Shown here one piece after another: positions 28,541 through 37,681 of a stretch of 64,000 nt of DNA (positions within the stretch are counted from its first letter, which is position 1; every line of letters begins with the position of its first letter). A model generated the notes under the pieces. That model worked only from the letters and a program-made list of their open reading frames with translations. It ran no database searches and was not told the origin of the DNA. The position numbers and the translations under genes are program-made. The stretch comes from Candidatus Merdivicinus faecavium (GTDB lineage: Bacteria; Bacillota; Clostridia; Oscillospirales; Ruminococcaceae), in contig DVKD01000025.1 of NCBI GenBank assembly GCA_018716285.1, positions 42,000-105,999 of the forward strand, written 5' to 3'.

Positions 28541-29566
28541 ATGCTGCATTTTGAGAGCGATTACCTGGAGGGCGCGCACCCGGCGTTGCTTTCCAGGCTT
28601 CTGGAGACGAATCTGGAGCAGGCGCCCGGCTACGGGTCCGACCCCTGGTGCGAGTCGGCGCGGGAAAAGATCCGCGCGGCCTGCGGCTGCCCGCGCGCGG
28701 CGGTGCATTTCCTCGTGGGCGGCACCCAGACCAACGCCGTCGTCATCGACGCGCTGCTCGCCCGGCACGAAGGGGTGCTGACCGCCGTCACCGGCCATAT
28801 CAACGGCCATGAGGCCGGGGCGGTCGAGGCCTGCGGCCACAAGGTGCTCCCCCTCCCGCAAAAAGAGGGCAAGCTCTCCGCCGCGGAGGTCCGCCGGTAC
28901 CTCCAGCAGTTTTACGCCGACGAAAGCCATGCCCACATGGTCGCGCCCGGGATGGTCTACCTCTCCCACCCGACCGAGTACGGGACCCTCTACACCGCCG
29001 CTGAGCTGCGGGCGCTGCACGAGGTCTGCGCCGAATACCGCATCCCCCTCTTTCTCGACGGGGCGCGGCTCGGGTACGGGCTGGCGGCGGACGGGAACGA
29101 CCTCTCCCTCCCTGAAATCGCCCGCTGCTGCGACGTTTTCTACATCGGCGGGACCAAGGTCGGGGCGCTGTGTGGGGAGGCGGTCGTCTTCCCGAATCCG
29201 TCGCTCGCGCCGCATTTCTTCACCGTGATGAAGCAGCGGGGCGCGCTGCTCGCGAAGGGGCGGCTGCTGGGCGTGCAGTTCGACGCCCTCTTTACGGGCG
29301 GGCTGTACGAGGAGATCGCCGCCCACGGCGTGCGGATGGCCCGGCGGCTGAAGGAGGGCCTCGCCCGCAGGGGGGTGCGGTTTTTCCTCGAGACGCCGAC
29401 CAACCAGCAGTTTGTCATCCTCGAAAACGGGGAGCTGGAGCGCCTGTCTCACAATGTGGGCTTTACCAGATGGGAGGCCCTGGACGAGGGGCATACCGTC
29501 GTCCGCCTGGCTGTGAGCTGGGCGACGCGGGAAGAGGATGTCGACGCCCTGCTGGCCCTTTTTTAA
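28541..29566 (+). CDS. Threonine aldolase/beta-eliminating lyase family PLP enzyme
   Basis: MLHFESDYLEGAHPALL..., VGGTQTNAVV, GGTKVGAL (PLP lysine context). 341 aa. Confidence 0.8.
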   Translation: MLHFESDYLEGAHPALLSRLLETNLEQAPGYGSDPWCESAREKIRAACGCPRAAVHFLVGGTQTNAVVIDALLARHEGVLTAVTGHINGHEAGAVEACGHKVLPLPQKEGKLSAAEVRRYLQQFYADESHAHMVAPGMVYLSHPTEYGTLYTAAELRALHEVCAEYRIPLFLDGARLGYGLAADGNDLSLPEIARCCDVFYIGGTKVGALCGEAVVFPNPSLAPHFFTVMKQRGALLAKGRLLGVQFDALFTGGLYEEIAAHGVRMARRLKEGLARRGVRFFLETPTNQQFVILENGELERLSHNVGFTRWEALDEGHTVVRLAVSWATREEDVDALLALF

Positions 29567-29605
29567 GGCCGGCGGGTTCGGATAATTTTACGCAGAAAGC
29601 GGGTT

Positions 29606-30580
29606 GTGACAATGGATGTATTGAAAGAGCGGGCGGCCTTTGAGGCGAATCTTCAGCCGGCGGAGCGGGCGGTGCTGACCTTTACCGGAGTGGACGGCTT
29701 TGACGTTTACAACTGCTCCATCCCCTTCACCTGGAAGGGCAGGCGGTACATATTCGGCCGGGTGGAGCGGCGCAGCGAGTGGATGCGCTCCTGGGTCCGC
29801 CTGTTTGCGGAAACGGGGCGGGATACCTATGCCCTTGTCCCGGGCTCGATGATCTACCAGCTCGAGGACCCCTTTGTCTCCTTCGTGCAGGGGGAGATGG
29901 TGCTGGGCGGCACCCATGTGCGGCTCAAGCAGGGGAAGCTCGACACCTATTACGGCTATTTTTACCGCGGGACCGACCTAAACGACCTGCGCTACTTCAC
30001 CACCGGCCCGGACAGGATGAAGGATATCCGCCTGGTCGGGCTGGCGGACGGCCGGATCGGGGTCTTTTCCCGCCCGAAAAACGATGAGATCGCCAAAAAA
30101 CACGGCAGCTCGGCCATGATCGGGTTCGCCGTCATCGACCGGCTGGAGGACCTGACCGCCGAGGTCGTCGAGCACGCGCCCTATATCGAGGGCCTGTTCG
30201 AGGAAGGGGAGTGGGGCGGCTGCAACCAGGCCTACCTCCTCGACAGCGGCCTGATCGGGGTGGTCGGGCATCTGAGCTATTCCCGGGACGGGATCGCAAG
30301 CTACCTCAATATGTCCTTTGTCCTCGACCCCGCGACCCGGCGGGTGCAGGATTTCAAGATCATCGGCACCCGGCGCTCCTTCCCGGACGGCCCGGCCAAG
30401 CAGCCCGCCGACCCGAAGCGCAGGCCGCTTGTCGACTGCGCCTTCACCAGCGGCATCGAGCTGCGCCCCGACGGGATGGCCGACCTCTACAGCGGCATCG
30501 GCGACTGCCAGGAGGGGCGGACCGTCATCCCCTATCCCTTTGCGGGGTTTGGGAAGATCGCGGAACAGGGGTTGCGCTAG
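29606..30580 (+). CDS. Conserved hypothetical protein, DUF1861-like (predicted beta-propeller/glycosidase-like fold)
   Basis: 324 aa. VYNCSIPFTWKGRRYIFGRVE...FYRGTDLNDL...IGVFSRP... resembles DUF1861 proteins from memory only. Confidence 0.35.
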   Translation: MTMDVLKERAAFEANLQPAERAVLTFTGVDGFDVYNCSIPFTWKGRRYIFGRVERRSEWMRSWVRLFAETGRDTYALVPGSMIYQLEDPFVSFVQGEMVLGGTHVRLKQGKLDTYYGYFYRGTDLNDLRYFTTGPDRMKDIRLVGLADGRIGVFSRPKNDEIAKKHGSSAMIGFAVIDRLEDLTAEVVEHAPYIEGLFEEGEWGGCNQAYLLDSGLIGVVGHLSYSRDGIASYLNMSFVLDPATRRVQDFKIIGTRRSFPDGPAKQPADPKRRPLVDCAFTSGIELRPDGMADLYSGIGDCQEGRTVIPYPFAGFGKIAEQGLR

Positions 30581-31476
30581 TCGGGATCGGGCAGCTCCCC
30601 CGCCGCGCAGGCGGCCATCAGGCGGGCCCAGTGCTCTGCGGGCTCGTCTAAAATCTTGTTGCGGTGCTGGATGCGGAAAAACTGCCGCTTCCACTGGACG
30701 TCCTCGACCGGCAGGATGGCCAGCTCTCCGCGGTCAAGGTCCTTCTGGACGATGCGCAGGGGGAGGATCGCCGCCCCAAGCCCGCGCTTTGCCCCGCTGA
30801 TCAGGGCCAGGGTGCTCATGGATTCCCAGAGCGGTTTGAGGGTGACGCCCTGCATATCCGTCAGGTTGTCGACGACGGCGCGGGTGCCGCTCCCTTTTTC
30901 CCGCAGCAGCAGCGGGATGGAAGCCAGGTCGGCGCAGCGGATTGCCCCGCGCCGCAGCAGCGCGGAATCCGGCGCGCAGACGACGGCCAGCTCATCCTCC
31001 GCAAAGGGGCTGATGATGAGCTGCGGGGCCTTGGGCAGGCCCTCCACAAAGCCGATATCCAGCTCGTTTTCCAGCACCTTCTGCTCGATGAGGCTGGTCC
31101 GTTCGACCAGCGCCTCGACCCGGATATCCGGGTAATCTCCGGCAAACTGCTCGGCGCAGGCGGGCAGCAGGCAGCTCCCGACCGTCATGCTCACCCCCAC
31201 CCGCAGGATGCTCTTGCGGGCGCCGCTGCGCAGATGCTGCTCCATGTCGTCGATCTGGCTTAAGAGCGGGCGGGCATAGCCCAGGAGCTCCTCCCCGGCC
31301 GGGGTGAGGTAGAGCTTTTTCCCGATCCGGTCAAAGAGCCGCACCTCGTACTTTTTTTCGAGCTCTCCAATGGCCAGCGACACCGACGGCTGGGAAAGGT
31401 AAAGCTCCTGGGCGGCCCGGGTGATGCTCATGTGCCGGCAGACAGCCTCAAAAATGCGGAGATAGCGAAGCGTCAT
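30577..31476 (-). CDS. LysR family transcriptional regulator
   Basis: Start trimmed to MTLRYLRIFEAVCRHMSITRAAQELYLSQPSVSLAIGELEKKYEVRLFDR (LysR HTH). Divergent from the chromate transporter pair. Confidence 0.9.
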   Translation of the reverse strand: MTLRYLRIFEAVCRHMSITRAAQELYLSQPSVSLAIGELEKKYEVRLFDRIGKKLYLTPAGEELLGYARPLLSQIDDMEQHLRSGARKSILRVGVSMTVGSCLLPACAEQFAGDYPDIRVEALVERTSLIEQKVLENELDIGFVEGLPKAPQLIISPFAEDELAVVCAPDSALLRRGAIRCADLASIPLLLREKGSGTRAVVDNLTDMQGVTLKPLWESMSTLALISGAKRGLGAAILPLRIVQKDLDRGELAILPVEDVQWKRQFFRIQHRNKILDEPAEHWARLMAACAAGELPDPD

Positions 31477-31618
31477 ATCGAAAGCCCCTTTCATTGATTT
31501 TATAAATGGATATGATACAATTATACTACTTTACTTATGAGTTTGCAAGGTGTATAATGGGGGAGAAAGGGCGAAAGCCCATCCAAAAAAGCGGCGCAAG
31601 CCGGAAAAGGGGTATTTT

Positions 31619-32200
31619 GTGGAGAGAAATGCATCATTTTACTGGACTTTGTTCCGATCGACCTTTACCTTGAGCGCCTTTACGGTAGGCGGCGGCTATG
31701 TGATTGTGCCGCTGATGAAAAAAAAGTTTGTGGATGAGCTCGGCTGGATCAATGAGGATGAGATGCTGGATATTGCCGCTATCGCCCAATCTTCACCGGG
31801 CGCGATTGCGGTCAATGCTTCTATCCTCATTGGATACCGGCTGGCGGGGCTTACCGGTACTTTGGTGACCATTTTGGGGACCATCCTGCCGCCGATGATC
31901 CTGTTAAGCGTCATCGCAGTGTTTTATGAGGCTTTTCAGGATAACCAATATTTTGTGGCATTGATGACCGGGATGCAGGCCGGCGTGGCAGCAGTCATTG
32001 CGGACGTGGTGATGAAAATGTCTCTGGGCGTGGTCAAGGGGAGGGACCCGGTCGCCATTGTCACGATGGCGGCAGCCTTTGTGGCGTCCTATTTCCTGGA
32101 TGTCAATGTCATTTTGCTGATCCTGATCTGCGGAGTGGTGGGGTATCTCAATTACCTTTATAAGAAAAAGCAGGCGGAAAAGAGGGGGGCGGCGAAGTGA
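31619..32200 (+). CDS. Chromate transporter (CHR) family, short-chain half 1
   Basis: FTLSAFTVGGGYVIVPLMKKKFVDELGWINEDEMLDIAAIAQSSPGAIAVN. GTG start chosen downstream of the TATAAT box that the longer ORF would include. Confidence 0.8.
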   Translation: MERNASFYWTLFRSTFTLSAFTVGGGYVIVPLMKKKFVDELGWINEDEMLDIAAIAQSSPGAIAVNASILIGYRLAGLTGTLVTILGTILPPMILLSVIAVFYEAFQDNQYFVALMTGMQAGVAAVIADVVMKMSLGVVKGRDPVAIVTMAAAFVASYFLDVNVILLILICGVVGYLNYLYKKKQAEKRGAAK

Positions 32201-32787
32201 GCGTGTACCTGGAGCTTCTGTGGAGCTTCTTTCAAATCGGGCTGTTCAGCATTGGCGGCGGCTATGCGGCAATGCCGCTGATCCAGGCTCAGGTGGTAGA
32301 TCAGCATGGGTGGCTGACCCTGTCGGAGTTCGCCGATATCATCACCATCTCCCAGATGACCCCCGGGCCGGTCGCCATTAACTCGGCAACCTTTGTGGGG
32401 ATGCGGATCCTGGGCCTGCCTGGGGCGATTGTAGCGACGCTGGGATGTATCCTGCCTTCCTGCATCATTGTGACGGCGCTGGCGTATTTCTATTTCAAAT
32501 ACCGCAATGTGTCGGTGGTGCAGGGCATTTTGGGAGGGCTGCGTCCTGCAGTGGTGGCGCTCATTGCGTCGGCAGGACTTACCATCCTGATGCTGGCGGT
32601 ATTCGGCGGGGCCAGCACCGGTGTGCTTGATTTTCCGCTGGATCGGATTGACTGGATCGCAGTGGTGCTCTTTGGAGCGGCGCTGGTCCTTCTGCGGACT
32701 ACCAAGCTGGACCCGATGATCATCATGGGCGGCGCCGGCGTTATCGGGATGGTGGCTTACCCGCTGATGGAGCGGCTGGCGCAGTAA
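32197..32787 (+). CDS. Chromate transporter (CHR) family, short-chain half 2
   Basis: FFQIGLFSIGGGYAAMPLIQAQVVDQHGWLTLSEFADIITISQMTPGPVAINSATF. GTGA start/stop overlap with half 1. Confidence 0.8.
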   Translation: MSVYLELLWSFFQIGLFSIGGGYAAMPLIQAQVVDQHGWLTLSEFADIITISQMTPGPVAINSATFVGMRILGLPGAIVATLGCILPSCIIVTALAYFYFKYRNVSVVQGILGGLRPAVVALIASAGLTILMLAVFGGASTGVLDFPLDRIDWIAVVLFGAALVLLRTTKLDPMIIMGGAGVIGMVAYPLMERLAQ

Positions 32788-32808
32788 CCGGGAGTTTATC
32801 CGGTATCT

Positions 32809-32840
32809 GGAGGACGCATTGGGCGTCCTCCAATTTTTTT
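32809..32840 (+). terminator. Intrinsic terminator after the CHR pair
   Basis: GGAGGACGC ATTGG GCGTCCTCC followed by AATTTTTTT. Confidence 0.7.
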
Positions 32841-32950
32841 GCACTTGGATTGTAGAAGATGCTGATTTTCGACAAACTGATTGCAAACGCAACAAATTCG
32901 TGATAAAATAATAACAATGTCATAATTTTTTGGAAAGACGGTGTCACCCT

Positions 32951-34360
32951 ATGGTTTCCACAGTTTTGGAACGGCTGTTCTCGGTCAGGAGATTCCTGCG
33001 CGGAGCGGAGCCGCTCGGCGAGATCCCGCCTTCACAGCAGTGCTACCGGACCGCGATCCAGATGGCGTGGCCCTCCATTCTCGAATCTTTCCTGGTCGCG
33101 CTGGTCGGCTTTATCGACACGATCATGGTCAGCTCCCTCGGCTCCTACGCGATCGCGGCGGTGGGGCTCACCACCCAGCCCAAGTTCATCTGCCTGGCAG
33201 TTTTTATCTCGATGAACGTCGCGGTTTCGGCGCTGGTCGCCCGGCGCAGGGGGGAAAACGACCGGGAGAGCGCCAACGGCATCCTGATGCAGGCGCTCAT
33301 CATCACCATTGGGCTGACCATTCTCATTTCGGCGGCAGCCTGTATCTTTGCGGACCCCATCATGCGCCTCGCCGGAACGGCGGAGGACACTCACGACGCG
33401 GCGGTCGCCTATTTCCGCATCATTTCGGGCGGCATGATCTTCAACGTCGTCTCGCTGGTCATCAATGCGGCCCAGCGCGGCGCCGGCAACACCAAGATCG
33501 CCATGTGGACCAACATCGTCTCCAACGGGGTCAACATTGTCTTCAACTACCTGCTGATCGGCGGGCACTTCGGATTTCCGGCCCTCGGCGTCGCCGGGGC
33601 GGCCATCGCGACCGTCCTGGGAACCGTCTGCGCCTGCGCGATGAGCATCTACTCGGTCAGCAAAAAGGACCGGTTCCTCTACCTCCGCGCCCTCAAAAGG
33701 ATCGGCTTTGACCGGCGCTCCCTCGGGGCGCTGGCAAATCTCGGGTCGAGCACCCTTGCCGAGCAGATTTTCCTGCGGATCGGCTTCCTGATTTACGCGA
33801 TGATTGTCGCCCGGCTTGGGACGACTGCCTTTGCGGCCCACCAGGTCGGGATGAACATCATGAGCATCTCCTTCTCCTTCGGGGACGGGCTTTCGGTCGC
33901 GGCGGTGGCGCTGGTCGGCCGGAGCCTCGGGGAACGGCGGCAGGACCTCGCGCGGATCTACGGCGCGATCTGCCAGCGGATCGGCTTCTGCTTCTCGGTG
34001 CTGCTCTGCATCATCTATGTCTCGCTCAGCCGGCAGATCTTCCGCCTCTTTTCCGACGAGCAGGAGATCCTCGAGTACGGCGTGATGATCGTCAATATGA
34101 TCGCGGTGATCGTCTTCATGCAGATTACCCAGGTCATCTATTCCGGCTGCCTGCGCGGCGGCGGGGACACCCGGTTTACCGCGCTGGTTTCGCTGGTCAG
34201 CGTCGCCTTCTTCCGGCCGTTTTCGGGGTGGCTGTTCTGCTACCCGCTCGGGCTGGGGCTGACGGGCGCCTGGATCGGCCTGGCGATTGACCAGGGCTGC
34301 CGCCTGCTGATGACCTTCATCCGCTTTAAGAGCGGCAAGTGGATCAAGCTGAATATCTGA
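32951..34360 (+). CDS. MATE family efflux transporter
   Basis: QMAWPSILESFLVALVGFIDTIMVSSLG and 12-TM-like hydrophobicity. Start is either the ATG at 32951 or the TTG at 32930. Confidence 0.85.
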   Translation: MVSTVLERLFSVRRFLRGAEPLGEIPPSQQCYRTAIQMAWPSILESFLVALVGFIDTIMVSSLGSYAIAAVGLTTQPKFICLAVFISMNVAVSALVARRRGENDRESANGILMQALIITIGLTILISAAACIFADPIMRLAGTAEDTHDAAVAYFRIISGGMIFNVVSLVINAAQRGAGNTKIAMWTNIVSNGVNIVFNYLLIGGHFGFPALGVAGAAIATVLGTVCACAMSIYSVSKKDRFLYLRALKRIGFDRRSLGALANLGSSTLAEQIFLRIGFLIYAMIVARLGTTAFAAHQVGMNIMSISFSFGDGLSVAAVALVGRSLGERRQDLARIYGAICQRIGFCFSVLLCIIYVSLSRQIFRLFSDEQEILEYGVMIVNMIAVIVFMQITQVIYSGCLRGGGDTRFTALVSLVSVAFFRPFSGWLFCYPLGLGLTGAWIGLAIDQGCRLLMTFIRFKSGKWIKLNI

Positions 34361-34361
34361 A

Positions 34362-34408
34362 CAGATAAAAAGAGCCAGCCCTTGCGGGGAGACCGCGGGG
34401 CTGGCTCT
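34362..34408 (-). terminator. Terminator hairpin between convergent MATE and nagA genes
   Basis: AGAGCCAGCCC...GGGCTGGCTCT 11-bp stem. A T-run (TTTTTAT) follows on the minus strand. Confidence 0.55.
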
Positions 34409-34425
34409 CTTTGATGGGGGATAGG

Positions 34426-35553
34426 TTACTGCCGCACGCCGCCCTGGTAGATGGCTTCCAGGGTGTAGTCGTCGCCTGCGACGAGGAGATCGGCCCACTT
34501 GCCGGGGGCGATGGAGCCGGTCAGATGGTCGATGCCGATGGCGCGGGCCGGGTTGATGGTCGCCGCCTTGAGGACAGCCTCCTCCGGCACGCCGAACCTG
34601 ACCGCACGCTGCACCGCGATCCGGCTGTCGATGACCGAGCCGGCGATGGTGCCGTTTTCAAGGGTGGCTTTGCCGTCCTCGACGTGGACCTGCTGCCCGC
34701 CCAGCTCGTAGATCCCGTTGGGGCAGCCTGCCGCCCGCAGCGAGTCGGAGATGAGGCAGACCCGGTCCTCGCCGAGCACCTTGAAGGTGGTGCGGATGAC
34801 TGCGGGGTGGATGTGGAAGCCGTCGCAGATGAGCTCGGCAAAGGTGTCCGAGTCAAAGACCGCCCCGACGACGCCCGGCGCGCGGTGGGAGAAGCCGCTC
34901 ATCGCGTTGTAGAGGTGGGTGTTGCTCTTAGCGCCCGCCTCGTAGGCCGCCATCGCGTCCTCGTAGCCGCCGGCGGTGTGGGCGACGCAGACGGTGCAGA
35001 CCTTGCTCGCCTCCCGGATGAAATCGAGGTTGCCGGGGATCTCCGGCGCGACGTCGACGAGTTTGATCCGCCCGCCACTCGCCTCGTTTAAGGCGGTGAA
35101 AGCCGCCATGTCGGCCGGGATGACATATTCGGCGATGTGGGCGCCCTTCTTGGCGACCGAGAGGAAAGGGCCCTCCATGTTGATGCCGATCATCCGGGCG
35201 CCGCGGGTCTGGCTGTCCGCGAAGGCGTGGTAGGCCGAGAAGATCTCGGTCAGCTTGCCGACCGGCAGGGTCATCGAGGTGCCGAGGACGGTGGTGACGC
35301 CCGCCTTGAGGTAGGTGTCGGCCATCCCCTGGAAAGCCTCCTGCGTGCCGTCGCAGAAATCGTAGCCGCCGCAGCCGTGGGTGTGGATGTCGATAAAGCC
35401 GGGGACGAGCTTTTTGCCGCCCAGATCGACAATTTCCTCCCCGTTTGCAGAGAGATGCTCCCCGATTTCGGAGATCAGTTCCCCATTCACCCGGACGTCA
35501 ACCCGCTCGAATTTTCCCGCGCCGGTGAAGACGCGGCCATTTTGAAATAACAT
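34426..35553 (-). CDS. nagA: N-acetylglucosamine-6-phosphate deacetylase
   Basis: Start trimmed to MLFQNGRVFTG after an AAAGGAGGA RBS. GFIDIHTHGCGGYDF metal-binding motif. ~375 aa amidohydrolase. Confidence 0.9.
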   Translation of the reverse strand: MLFQNGRVFTGAGKFERVDVRVNGELISEIGEHLSANGEEIVDLGGKKLVPGFIDIHTHGCGGYDFCDGTQEAFQGMADTYLKAGVTTVLGTSMTLPVGKLTEIFSAYHAFADSQTRGARMIGINMEGPFLSVAKKGAHIAEYVIPADMAAFTALNEASGGRIKLVDVAPEIPGNLDFIREASKVCTVCVAHTAGGYEDAMAAYEAGAKSNTHLYNAMSGFSHRAPGVVGAVFDSDTFAELICDGFHIHPAVIRTTFKVLGEDRVCLISDSLRAAGCPNGIYELGGQQVHVEDGKATLENGTIAGSVIDSRIAVQRAVRFGVPEEAVLKAATINPARAIGIDHLTGSIAPGKWADLLVAGDDYTLEAIYQGGVRQ

Positions 35554-35589
35554 CGAAAATCCTCCTTTGTGTGCATATCTTCTAAGAAT

Positions 35590-35617
35590 ATTATACCACA
35601 TCCGCCGGTTCCGTCAA
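35590..35617 (-). promoter_or_regulatory. Sigma-A-type promoter for nagA
   Basis: Minus strand: TTGACG, 16 nt spacer, TGgTATAAT. Confidence 0.6.
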
Positions 35618-35719
35618 GGAGTTCTCCGGCGGATTCCGTTTTTTTCCGGAGAATTCCGGGCGGAATTTTACGCTGCGCGGTTTTTCTCTGAATAATTCGC
35701 GGGAATTTTGCAAATCCTC

Positions 35720-35748
35720 TTGACAATACGTTCAACCTGCGCTATAAT
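35720..35748 (+). promoter_or_regulatory. Sigma-A-type promoter for the lic-like operon
   Basis: TTGACA, 17 nt spacer, TATAAT. Confidence 0.65.
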
Positions 35749-35794
35749 ACGATTAAAATGAACGTTCAAAAAATGAACAGGAGGATTTTCGGAG

Positions 35795-37657
35795 ATGGAA
35801 GATCTTTTTTCGATCCTGTGGGCGGTGAACCGCGGTCCGGCCGCAAACCAGCGTGAGATCGCCCAGAGTCTGGATATTTCGGTCGGCAAGGTCAACAGTC
35901 TGCTCAAAACCGCCGAGGAGCAGGGGATGCTCGCGGCGGAAAAGGACGGCAAGCGGACCCGATTCACCATCCTGCCGCCCGGGCGCGCGCTGCTCGAGCA
36001 GATGCTTTTGAAGAGGCGGCAGGGCAAGCTGCGCCTCGAGCCTTCTTCCCGCCCGGTCCGCACTGCGGTCATCCTCGCGGCGGGGCGGCGGCCGGATTTC
36101 GACAAGCCGGCGGCCCTGCTCCCGCTGGGGGAGAGCACCGTCATCGAAACGGAGATCCAGATGCTTGAATCCTGCGGCATCGAGCGGTTTTTTGTCGTCG
36201 CGGGCTACTGCGCCGGGGAGCTGCGGCAGAAGCTCGCCTCCAAAAAGAACGTCACGGTCGCCGAAAACCCGCGCTATAAATGGACCGGCACCATGCAGTC
36301 TCTCCGGGCACTGGAAGGCGCGCTTTCCGAAGACTTTCTCATTCTCAAAAGCGACCTTGTCCTTGAACGGCGCGGCGCGATGGCGCTGCTCGAAGGGGAC
36401 GCCCCCTTCCGCGCCCTGCTGGCCGCGCCCTCCGGCGCCGGGGACGAGGCCTTTGTCGAGCTGGACGACGAGGGGAATATTTTCCGCATCAGCAAGGACG
36501 TCCATCAGATCACCCGGATCGAGGGCGAGCTCGTCGGGATGATGCGGGTCCCGGCTGAGGTCTTCTCCATGATGCTCGAATCCTCCGCCGGGGGGGAGAA
36601 CCCCTACCTCAATTTTGAGTACGTTCTCGAGAACATCGGCCGCCTCTACGCCTTCCGCGGCGAGATGGTCGACGACCTCATCTGGAGCAAGCTGGAGACG
36701 GCGGCGAATTACCAGAACCTTCTGAACATCTGCTACCCCCGCATCATCCGCAAGGAAAAGGAAATGCAGCAGCAGCTCGCCTCCGACACGATGGTCGAGG
36801 TGCTCGGGCTCAGCCCGTCGGAAATCCTCGAGATCCGCTTTGCCGGCGGGCTGACCAACACAAACTACGACGTCCAGACGGCCCGCGGGCGCTATGTTCT
36901 CCGCATCCCCGGACGGCTGACCGAGGCCCTCACCGACCGGGTGAGCGAAAAGCACAACGCCCAGATTGCCTCCGACCGCGGCATCAACTGCAAGCTCGTC
37001 TACTGCAACGCCGAGACCGGCGTCAAGGTGAGCGAATATATCGACCGGGCCGAAACCTTAAATTTCCGCACCGCAAAGCTGGAGGAGAACATGCGGCTGG
37101 TCGCCAGTATCCTGCATGAGCTGCACGACTCCGATTTCCCGATGGAGAACACCTTCGACGCCTTCGCCGAGTCCCTCCGCTACGAGAGCATGCTGGCTTC
37201 CGAAAACGCGAAGATGTACAAGGGCTACGATCAGCTGCGGGCGCAGGTCTGCGCCATCCACGACCGGCTTTTGGCGCTCGGGTACGAGCAGCTTCCCAGC
37301 CACAACGACCTCATCGCCTACAACCTGGTCAAGAATGGGGAAGGGCGGCTCTACCTCATCGACTGGGAATACGCGGGCCGCAACGACCCGATGTTCGACA
37401 TCGCCTCATATTTTCTCGAAAATGAGTTCGAGCCGGAGGATGAGGAGCTCTTCTTCCATTATTATTTCCCGAACGGCGGCGACCTGGAAACCGCCCGGCA
37501 GAAGATTCTGATCTTCAAGATCTTCCAGGACTTCCTCTGGAGCATCTGGACGGTGCTCAAGGAGGCCCGCGGGGATGATTTCGGCGCCTACGGCCCGGAG
37601 CGGTTCGCCCGCTGCCAGCGGCTCTGCGCGCAGTACTGGGACATCTATGGGGCGTAA
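35795..37657 (+). CDS. Three-domain fusion: winged-helix (MarR-like) + LicC-type nucleotidyltransferase + LicA-type choline/ethanolamine kinase
   Basis: N-terminus NQREIAQSLDISVGKVNSLLKTAEEQGML. Middle AVILAAGRRPDF..LLPLGESTVIE..VVAGY (NTP-transferase). C-terminus GGLTNTNYDV...PSHNDLIAYNLV...YLIDWEYAGRNDPMFDIASYF (Brenner and APH/ChoK motifs). Confidence 0.8.
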   Translation: MEDLFSILWAVNRGPAANQREIAQSLDISVGKVNSLLKTAEEQGMLAAEKDGKRTRFTILPPGRALLEQMLLKRRQGKLRLEPSSRPVRTAVILAAGRRPDFDKPAALLPLGESTVIETEIQMLESCGIERFFVVAGYCAGELRQKLASKKNVTVAENPRYKWTGTMQSLRALEGALSEDFLILKSDLVLERRGAMALLEGDAPFRALLAAPSGAGDEAFVELDDEGNIFRISKDVHQITRIEGELVGMMRVPAEVFSMMLESSAGGENPYLNFEYVLENIGRLYAFRGEMVDDLIWSKLETAANYQNLLNICYPRIIRKEKEMQQQLASDTMVEVLGLSPSEILEIRFAGGLTNTNYDVQTARGRYVLRIPGRLTEALTDRVSEKHNAQIASDRGINCKLVYCNAETGVKVSEYIDRAETLNFRTAKLEENMRLVASILHELHDSDFPMENTFDAFAESLRYESMLASENAKMYKGYDQLRAQVCAIHDRLLALGYEQLPSHNDLIAYNLVKNGEGRLYLIDWEYAGRNDPMFDIASYFLENEFEPEDEELFFHYYFPNGGDLETARQKILIFKIFQDFLWSIWTVLKEARGDDFGAYGPERFARCQRLCAQYWDIYGA

Positions 37658-37681
37658 CGCCCGCGAAAAGGAGTGCGACCA

